Shown: positions 37,101 through 46,934 of the stretch, piece by piece
Numbering within the stretch: position 1 is the first letter of the stretch
How the letters are laid out: the number at the start of each line of letters is the position of its first letter
Assembly (NCBI GenBank): GCA_038087875.1
Contig: JAXLNO010000050.1
Span: 248,001-294,934, forward strand
DNA from: Malacoraja senta
Taxonomy: Eukaryota
DNA length: 46,934 nt
Reading direction: 5' to 3'
Program-made: the position numbers and the translations under genes
Notes under the pieces: generated by a model
Seen by the model: the letters and a program-made list of their open reading frames with translations, nothing else
Database searches by the model: none
Told to the model about the DNA's origin: nothing

Positions 37101-40100
37101 ACTGTCACACTCACCCACTCACACTAGCACTCACTCACCATCTCACTCTTACTCACCCACTAACTCTCACTCACCCACTTACAATCACTCACTCTCACAC
37201 CCACTCTCACTCTCACTCACCCATTCACTCATTCTCACTAATTCACACTCACTAACGCTCACTCACTCTTCACTCTCTCACTCTCACACATTCAACCACA
37301 CTGTCACTCACTCTCACGCACACACCCACTCACTCTCACTCTCATTCACTCTCACACACACAGGCATTCTCTCACTCACGCTCACTCACCCACTCTTTCA
37401 CCCACTCTCTCTCACTCTTCACTTGCCCACACACTCACCCACTCACTCATTCATTCTTCACTGACTCACTCACTCACTCTCTCACACTCACTCACATGCT
37501 CACTCTTCACTCACCCACTCACTCTCACTCACCCACTCTCACACCCACACTGTCACTCACACTCACTCACACCCACTCACACTCGCTCACTCCCACTCAC
37601 TCACTCATTGTCTCACTCTCATGCACACTCACTCTCACACTCATTCACTCACTCTCTCACTCACACTTCACTCACTTACTCACACTCTCTCACTCATGCT
37701 CACACACTCACTCACTCTCACTCACTCTCACTCACTTTCATTCACTCTCACTCTCTCACACACATGCATTCTCACACTCACTCACTCTCACTCACCCACA
37801 TTCTCACTCACTCTCACTCATTCCCACTCACTCAATCTTATTGACTCACTCACTATCTCACACTCTCAATCTCACCCATTCACTGACTCCCACTCTCTCA
37901 CTCACCCACTCCCACGCACTCACTCTCACTCACTCACCCACACTCTCACTCTCTCACTCACTCACTCATGATCTCACACCCACTCTCACTCACTGTCTCA
38001 CTATCATTCACTCAGTCTCACTCACCCACTCTCACTCTTCACCTACCCACACACTAACCCACTCACTCACACTCACTCACTCACACTCACTCTTTCACTC
38101 ACTCGCCCACTCACTCTCACTCACTCATTCATTCACTCACTCTTTACTCACTAGCAGCCACTCACACTCACCCACTCACTCACACTCACTCACTCCCACT
38201 CACTTACTCTTATTCATTTACTCACCATCTCATTCACTCTCACTCAATCTCACCCATTCACTGATTCTCACTCTCTCACCCACTCTCTCTCACTCTTCAC
38301 TCACCCACTCACTCACTCCCACCCACTCACACATTGCCTCACTCTCATGCACACTCACTCTTACACTCTCATTCACCCACTCTCTCACTCACTCACTCTC
38401 ACACTCTTCACTCACTCTCACTACCATTCACTCGCTCTTCACTCACTCATTCTCACTCACTCACTCACCCACTCACACTCAGTCACCCACACTCCCTCTC
38501 ACTCCCACTCACTCTTATTCACGTACTCTATCTCATTCACTCTCACTCAAGCTCACCCATTCACTGACTCCCACTCTCACTCACCCACTATCACTCACTC
38601 TTACTCACTCAGTCACACTCTCACTCACTCTTACTCACTCTCTCACTCACTGACACACTCACTCACACTCAGTCTCGCTCACCCTCTCACTCTTCACTCA
38701 CCCACTCTGTCACTCACCCAGTCACACTCACTCTCATTCATTCACTCACTCTTTACTCACTCATTCACACTCACCCACTCACTCACTCACTGTCTCACTA
38801 TCATGCACACTCACTCACTCTCACACTGTCATTCACCCACTCATTCCCACTCACTCACTCTCACTCACATTCTTCATTCACTCTCTCACTCACTCACACT
38901 CTCTCAGTACCACTCACTCGCCCTTCACTCACTCACTCACACGCTCACTCATAATTTACTCACTGTCACACTCACCCACTCACTCACATTCACTCATCCT
39001 CTCACTCTTACTCACCCACTAACTCTCACACCCACTTACAGTCACTCACTCTCACACCCACTCTCATTCACCCACTCACTCACTCACCCATTCACTTACA
39101 CTCTCTCACTCATGCTCACACTCACTCACTCACTCTCTCACCCACTCTCTCTCACTCTTCACTCGCCCACACACTCGCCCACACTCACTCCCTCACTCAT
39201 TCTTCACTGACTCACTAACTCACACACTCTCTCACTTGCTCTCACTCACATGCTCACTCTTCACTCACCCACTCACTCCTCACTCACCTACTCACACTCT
39301 CACCCACCTTGTCACTCACCCACACTGTCACTCACTCGCACTCACCCACTCACATTCTCACTCGCTGTCAATCATCCCTCCTTCACTCTCACTCACTCTT
39401 CACTCACCCACTCACACTCACCCACACTGTCACTCACTCTCACTCACCCACTCACTCTCACTCTCATTCACTCTCACTCACTCTCATCCACACTCACTTT
39501 CACACTCACCCACCACTCACTCTCTCACTCCCTCGATCTCACTCACTCTCACCCATTCACTCTTCACTCACACACTCACAACCACTCTTCACTCACTCAC
39601 TGTCGCACTCACACTCTCACAACCACTCTCATTCATCAACTCACTCACTTTTCACTTACTCACAATCTCTTACCCACTCACTCTCACTCACTCTTCACTC
39701 TCCCACGCACTCACTCTCACTCTCTCACTAACTCACAGACTCATTCACGCTCTCTTACACTCTCACTCACCCACTCACTCACTCTCTCACTCACACTCTT
39801 CACCACCCTCTCACTCAGTTTCAGTCACTCACGCACTTACTCACTCTCACCCACTCACTCTTCACTCAATCACTCACAATCACTCTTCTCTCACGGTCAC
39901 ACTCACATTCACTCACCCACTCTCATTCACCTACTCACTCTCTCACCCACTCTCACTCACCCTCACTCACCCACTCAACCACTATTCACTTAGTCAAACT
40001 CTCTCACCCACTCGCTCGCTCTCACTCACCCACAATCATTCACTCTCACCCACGATCACTCATTCTCACTCATTCTTCACTCACTCTCTCTCACCCACTC

Positions 40101-40585
40101 ACTCTCACTCACTCACTCACCCACACTCTCACTCACTCTCACACTCACTCACTCACTCACTCACTCACCCACTCCCTCACTCTCGCTCTTCACTCACCCA
40201 CACTCACTCACTCTTCACTCACCCACACTCACTATACACCCACTTAGTCTTACTCACGCACACTCACTTGCACTCATCAACGCACTCACAATCTCCGTCA
40301 CTCCCACTCACTCACTGTCTCTCTCTCATGGCACTCACTCACTTTCACACTCACTCACCCACTCAGTTATTCTCACTCACTTTCACTCACTCAATCTTCA
40401 CTCACTCACTCTTCATTCACCCACTCTCTCACTCTTCACTCACCCACGCACTCACCCACCCACTCTCTCACTGTTCACCTACTCAACACCCTCACTCACT
40501 CACCCACTCACACTCACACTCACTCTCTCTCACCCCACTCTCTCATTCACTCTCGCTCACCCATATTCCCGCTCACTCACACTCT

Positions 40586-41540
40586 GTAATGTCTGCTGTC
40601 ACACGCCAACTCGCCAGCTTGTACTCCTGGCCTCAAGAGGCGCTGGCATTTACATTACATCTCCGCCTTCAAATTTATTTACATTACATCTCCCCCTTCA
40701 AATTTGAGGTCACAATTTTTTCAATACTAATAAATTTAACCTTGAATCAATTTAATGTGGATAACAAACTATTTCCAATATTAATATTGATGACAAATAC
40801 AAACGTTACATCTCACCCTTCAACTTTGGGGTTTCATTTACGTGTACGTCCATGGCATATAAATGAAAATACAGTACTATTTACTAAAATGCAAATCTAA
40901 AGCCATTTAGATTTGGCTTCATTTAATTCAGCAGAACATTTGTACATTTTCCATGTAGTTTCCTTCAATAATATTTTGCATTCGATTTAAATTCTGCTTA
41001 TGAGCTTTAATATCCATATCGTTTTACATTAGAATCAATTAAGAGTGTTGCTGTTTTCCACTTTCACCTCAAAACCTAGAAACTCAAGGATTCTGTCTCG
41101 TTGCCTCTCACTACATCTGGGAGACTAGCTCCTGCATCTCGCTGCGTCTCGGCGAATCATGTCATCTGGGGGATTGGCTCCATCCAGGAGACAATTTCTT
41201 GCTTCTGGGAGACTGGCTCCTCCATCTAGGTTTCTCACGTCTGTCTAAATGTGGACAATCCCCGGCTTCAGAGGTCTATCCTGGGCTATAGGTCAATATC
41301 CTGGGCTACAAATCTCTATCCTGGGCTATAGGTCTCTATCCTGGCCTACAGGTCTATCCTGGGCTACAGGTCTATATCCTGGGCTACAGGTCTCCATCCT
41401 GGGCTCCAGGTCTATATCCTGGGCTGCAGGTCTCTATTCTGTGCTACAGGTCTCTATCCTGGACTACAGGGCTCCTGGCCTCAAGAGGCGCTGGCATTTA
41501 CATGACATCTCCCGCTTCAACTTTATTTACATTCCATCTC
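40586..41540 (-). mobile_element. Possible degraded LTR-retrotransposon (Gypsy-like) 3' end
   Basis: Minus strand has repeated polypurine tract plus TG motifs (gaagggggaga|tgtaatg) and ~69-bp direct repeats at 40624-40692 and 41472-41540. No intact ORF. Confidence 0.35.
41262..41470. repeat. 20-bp minisatellite ggtct(c/a)tatcctgggctaca, about 10 copies
   Basis: Directly visible tandem units. Confidence 0.9.
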
Positions 41541-43239
41541 TCACTCACTCACTCACTCTCATTCACCCACACTCAATCTCACTCACTCACTCTCACTCTC
41601 CCACTAACTCTCACTCTCTCACTCACTCGCTCACTCTCACTCACTCTCTCACTCACACTCAACCACTCACACTCACTCACTCTTCACTCACCCACTCACT
41701 CACTCTCACTCACTCACTCCTCACCCACTCACTCTTCAATCACTGACTCTTCTCACTCTCACTCTTCACTCACCCACTCACCCTCTCACCCACGCACTCA
41801 CACTCTCACTCACTCTGCACTCACTTTTACTCACCCTCACCCACTCACTCTCAGTCACCCACATACACACTCTCACTCACCCACACTCTCACTCACTCAC
41901 CAACGCACTCACTCACTCTCACTCTTCACCCACTTACTCTTCACCCACTCACTCTCACTCACTCACCCACTCTCACTCACTCACCCACCCACTCTCACCC
42001 ACTCACACTCACTCACTCTCACTCACTCACTCACTCTCACTCTTCACCCACTTACTCTCACTCACCCACTCACTTTCACACTCATTCTCTCACACCCACC
42101 CACTCTCACTCACTCACCCACTCTCACCCACTCACTCTCACTCACTCACTCACTCACCCACTAACTCTCACTCACCCACTCACTTTCACTAACTCTCACT
42201 CACTCCCACCCACTCATTCTGACCCACTCACTTTCACTCACCCACTCACTTTCACTTACTCTCACTCACCCACGCACTCACTCACTCACTCTTCACCCAC
42301 TTACTCTTCACCCACTCACTCACTCACTCTCTCACTCACTTACACTCACTCTCTCACCCACTCACTCATTCTCACTCATTCTCACTCACTCTCACTCACT
42401 CACCAACTCACTCACTCACCCACTCACACTAACTCTCACTCACTCTCACCCGTTCACACATTCTCACATCCTCACTCCCCCATCCACTCTCACTCACCCT
42501 CACTCACCCTCTCACTCACACTCACTTTCACCCACGCACTCACTCAATGTTCACCCAGTCATTCTTCACCCACTCACTCTTCACCCACTTATTCAATCAC
42601 CCACCCACTCTTCACTAACTGACTCACCTACTCACTCATGCTCTCACTCACTTTCACTCACGCTCACTCACCCAATCACTCTCACTCACCTACTCTCACT
42701 CACTTACCCACTCATTCACTCTCTCACACTCTTCACTCACTCATGCACTCACTCTCACAATCTCACTCACTCTTCACTCACTCACCCTTCACCCACTCAT
42801 TCACGCTCACTCTCACTCAATCACACTCACTCTCTCACTCACTCCCACATTCACTCACTCTCACATTAACACACTCACTCACTCTCACACACCCACTCTC
42901 TCACTCTTCACCCACTCTCTCACTCACCCACTCACTCTCACTCGCACACTCACTCACACTCACACTTTCTCTCACTCACAGTCACTTTCACCTGCTCACT
43001 CGCTCACTCACTATCACTCATTCACACTAACTCACTCACACTCACTCTCAATGACTCACACTTCACTCACTTGTTTAATCCCACTCACTCTCACTCAATC
43101 TTCACACTCACTCTCTCACCCACTCACACTCTCACTCACTCTTCACTCACTTACTCTCACTCACTCTCATCCATTTACTCTCACTCACCCCCTCACTCTC
43201 TCTCTCTCTCTCTTCACACACTCGTTCTTCACTAATTCT

Positions 43240-43271
<32 letters not shown>

Positions 43272-44069
43272 CACACACTCGCTCTTCACTAATTGTTCTC
43301 TCTCTCTCTCTTTCACTCTTCACTAATTTCTCTCTCTCTCTCTTTTTTTTTCCCTTCTCTTCCTTCATCACCTTAGCTGAAGCACCGGTAACTAACATGT
43401 TCATCAGACACGGACTGCCCCAAACCACCACCTACATGAAAGTTTCAAAATCTCGGCACTTTCTCTCAGCATTGAGTGCATTAATGTAAAAAGAAAATGT
43501 ATCTACGGTATTGGACACAGATGTTAAACACAAATTGCCTGTGGTATCAGTGAAACTTTCTGTGTGTATACTTTTGTAAATAGTTTTCAATATTCCTTGT
43601 TTTTAATTTGTTGTTTAAGAAAATAGCTATTATAAATGAATTTCATCAATTTGTTTTTTGAAATAAAGTTTTGAGAGTTTTAAGGCACAAGGCTTTGGCT
43701 GCTGTTATTTTTCTGCTCTGACCTTAACCGCTGCTCTCTGCATGTTGTTTATTTGTTGTTCTGAGTTTGGTTCCATGGTATGGATTAGGTATTGGGAGTA
43801 CTGCCATCTCTTACACATCACAGATCCAAGCACAAGCCTGATTTCCCAATAAGCTGTTCACGCACTATTTATGGTAACTCCCTTCAATAACATTATCGTG
43901 ATAGACACAAAGTGCTGGAGTTACTCAATGGGCTGGGCAGCATATCTGGAGAAAAACAATGGGTGATTTTTTTGTTTTGTTTAGATATACAGCACGGAAA
44001 CCGGCCCCTTCAGCCCACCGAGTCCATGCCAATTAGCGATCCCTGCACACTAACGCTATCCGACACACA

Positions 44070-44620
44070 CTTACTTACTTAGACTTAGTTCCTCCCACAC
44101 TGTTGAGTGCATTGGGCAGCAAGCTTTGGCCATTCTGTTCGGTTATGTGCGACGTCTTCCACCCTCGATAGATTAGCGTCCCGGGGCTTCCAAATGCTAC
44201 CGGAATGTTCACCTCATGTGAGTTTTGTTCGGCCTCTTTTACTTCTTCCGTCAGCTTGCCATGTCATTGCTATCTTAGGTGCACGTTCTGGTGACATTCT
44301 GAGTACATGTCCTGCAGATTTCATCCTGCATCCCTCCATGTCCTGGCTGAGAGTCTTTGTTGCAGTTTCCCGGTAGATCTCCTCGTTTGTGATGTGGTCT
44401 CTGTAGCTAGTCTTCAGGATCCTCCTCAAGCAGCGTTGTTGGGATGCATCCAATTTCTTTTTCATCTTCACATTGATTTTCTATGTGTCAGTGGCACAGA
44501 GGGCTGTAGGGAGGACTGTGGGCTGGAAGAGTTTGACTTTTAGCCTCTTGGATATCCCATCACTAGACCATGTTGGCTGCATTTTGTCTGAAGACTGATG
44601 CAGCTTTACCAATTCGGGGT
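44070..44620 (-). mobile_element. RTE-clade LINE 3' fragment inserted in a V-SINE (~43975-44797)
   Basis: ORF 44214..44471 KLDASQQRCLRRILKTSYRDHITNEEIY...GHVLRM...PK.A..W...G..KRGR; (taag)n-like tail. Confidence 0.8.
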
Positions 44621-45374
44621 AATTTATAATTTTTACCGAAGCCAATTAAAACCCTAGCGTCTTTGGCATGTTGGAGGAATCCGGAGCACCTGGAGAAATC
44701 CCACAAAGGTCACGGGTAGAACGTAAAACTCCATACAGACAACACTCATAGTGTGGATCGAACCTGGGTCTCTGGCACTGTAAGGCAGCAGCTCTAACGT
44801 GGGTGACGTTTTGGGTCGGGACTCTCCTTCAAACTGAAAATAGAGAGGGGAGGGAATTGGAGGTAAGAATAGAATAGAAACAGAAAATAGGTGCAGGAGT
44901 AGGCCATTCGACCCTTTGAGCCAGCACCGCCATTTAATATGATCATAGCTGATCATCCAGAATCAGTACCCTGTTCCTGATTTCTCCCCATATCCCTCTT
45001 GATTCCATTAGCCCTAAGAGCTAAATCTAACTCTCTTAAACACACCAATATAGAACAAATCAGGGCCAGCAACAGATGACCAAGGAAGGGTGGAGCCCAT
45101 AATGGCCCATTGTTGGCTGGGGAAGTGGTTATAATGAAGGGATACAATTAACATTATTACCGACCCAAAATATTGCCTATCCATGTTCTCCAGAGATACT
45201 GTTCCACTCAGATATTTTGTGTAGACCAGCATCTGCAGTGGAGCAGTTCGAAGAAGGGTCTTGACCCGAAACGTCACCCATTCCTTCTATCCAGAGATGC
45301 TGTCTGACCTGCTGAGTTACTCCAGCATTTTATGTCCAGCATCAGCAGTTCTTTGTTTTCATATTCTCCCTTCT

Positions 45375-45625
45375 ACCCATTCCTCCCCCACTCCCAATTC
45401 CTCCGTCTACACCGCATCTGCACCCAGGATGAGGTATTCCAGACCAGGGCATCGGAGAAGTCCTCATTCTTTAGGGAACGGGGGTTCCCCTCTTCGATTA
45501 TAGATGAGGCTCTCACCAGGGTCTCCTCTATATCCCGCAGTTCTGCTCCTACTCCCCATCCCCCTACTCGTAACAAGGACAGAATCCCCCTTGTCCTCAC
45601 CTTCCACCCAACCAGCCGTCGCATC
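45375..45625 (+). mobile_element. Penelope-like element internal fragment (post-RT linker)
   Basis: SQFLRLHRICTQDEVFQTRASE.SSFFRERGFPSSII..AL.R...PLVLTFHPT; homologous to 29440-29670 (-). Confidence 0.8.
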
Positions 45626-46121
45626 TGTGCCCCCACCTTCACCTCCTTTCCCCATTTTGTACCAACATTTGATACAGTAACATTTAAACGACGTAGGAAG
45701 GAACTACAGATGCTGGTTTACACTGAAGATAGACACAAAAAACAGCGGTTCAGACAACATCTCTGGAGAAAAAGAATATATGACATTTTGGTTTCAGACT
45801 CTTCTTCGGACTCAAGTCTGTTGCCATCTGTAAAACTTCTGTCATGTTTCAATGGTAGACTTCCAAAATATATTGGACATTTGGGCACAATTTCAGAAAG
45901 TGTGGTGCATAGGTCCCGAAATGAAAGCGAGGAGCCAGGTATTTCGGGAGGCACCTTTATTTATGTCCTTCCAGGTTGTAGGGAAGTCCACGAGAGAAAG
46001 ATGGCACCCAAACCCTTGCCTTTAAACCTCTGGTTAAGGGCCCGCCTCTGGACTGAACCATTCCCGTGCCTGAGGGGTTTTACAGTTAGGATGGTCCGAC
46101 CCTTGGGTGCTGCCACAAAAA

Positions 46122-46417
46122 GTTTAAATTAGAGATACAGTGCAGAAACAGGCCCTTCAGCAACAGAGTCTGTGCCGACCAGTGATTACCCACACACTAA
46201 TACTATCCCACACACTAGGGACAATTTACTATTTTATCAAAGCCAATTAAGCTACAAACTTGTACATCTTTGGACAGTGGGAGGAAACCAGAGGCCCCGG
46301 AGAAAACCCACTCAGTCACGGGCCGAACGTACAAACTCCGTACCAACAGGACCCGTAGTCAGAATCGAACCTGGGTCTCTAGCGCTGTGAGGTAGCAACT
46401 GTACCGCTGTGCCGCCC
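46122..46417 (-). mobile_element. V-SINE
   Basis: Head, body and tail as in the other copies. Confidence 0.75.
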
Positions 46418-46934
46418 CTGAATGTATCCAACTGTAAATCCTTGGTGTTGCACCTGTTACATAGTTCTCTTGAATGAGCTTTCCAATTACACAAAGTGGC
46501 GTTCTCTGTTACAGGATTCTCAGTAGGATTTGCATTATAGTGCAAGGATTTCTGGCTGCCCATTGCTATGAATCCAGCTGTTTTCCTTGCTGGTTCTGGT
46601 TAGACAGAATGTTTCCCATAAATAGGTCTAATGATCCAAATGAATTGGAGAAGTGAGATTCACAACAAGTCCAGAAATCAGTTTAGCATTTTGATTAATA
46701 TGTTCTTTTAAACATGATTAGTCGTGGAATGTGCAACTTCTCATGTATGGTCTGTAAACTCTTCCTATATTGTGATCTAATTATGCTTCTGAACTGCTAG
46801 CCAAACAGTGTTTAATCCTGATGAACACTGAAATGATCAAAAGATGCTGATGCAAAACGTCGCAAAAGTCATGCTACATAACTTTTAGTTTTGCTTTTAG
46901 AGATACAGCGTGGAAATGGGCCCTTCGGCCCACC

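Larger units (their letters stand above)
31934..43345. repeat. Degenerate (CACT/CTCA)n low-complexity array: 31934-32166, 34134-40585, 41541-43200, then CT-rich to 43345
   Basis: Directly visible; almost no G on the + strand; interrupted by two insertions. Confidence 0.95.

Noticed and set aside
34014..43326. Long His/Thr/Ser/Leu-rich ORFs (e.g. 39236..40900, 37496..38653)
   Set aside because: By-products of G-poor CACT repeats, which rarely form stop codons; open in several frames at once.
45332..46132. 266-aa ORF as a host gene
   Set aside because: Chimeric read-through of Penelope fragments and unrecognisable sequence; no RA-domain similarity seen.

Overview
Repeat-rich vertebrate genomic DNA. 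The V-SINE/CR1/Penelope repertoire points to a cartilaginous fish such as a skate or ray (inference). The window holds the 3' half of a + strand, multi-exon RalGDS-family RasGEF gene most similar to RGL1. It is largely invisible in the ORF track and was rebuilt from AG/GT-bounded, phase-compatible exons: 1657-1760, 3464-3548, 7119-7205, 9154-9183, 11258-11379, 12056-12145, a duplicated exon at 20677-20769, and 31207 onward. The gene is atypical. The usual EGTSKFA linker exon was not found, NF.K reads NHEK, and one exon is duplicated with a transposon-derived acceptor. The last recognisable exon carries about 45 copies of a 12-bp coding repeat with a 1-nt frameshift and runs without a GT donor into a ~11-kb G-poor (CACT)n region. 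No Ras-association-domain exons are seen. The introns contain CR1, L1, RTE and Rex1 LINE fragments, V-SINEs, a CORE-type SINE, Harbinger and hAT elements, and Penelope elements (an inverted dimer with a 14-bp TSD, plus many small palindromes with minimal hammerhead-ribozyme cores). Two related ~2-kb foldback (Mutator-like) palindromic elements are also present. All calls are by eye; repeat boundaries are approximate.
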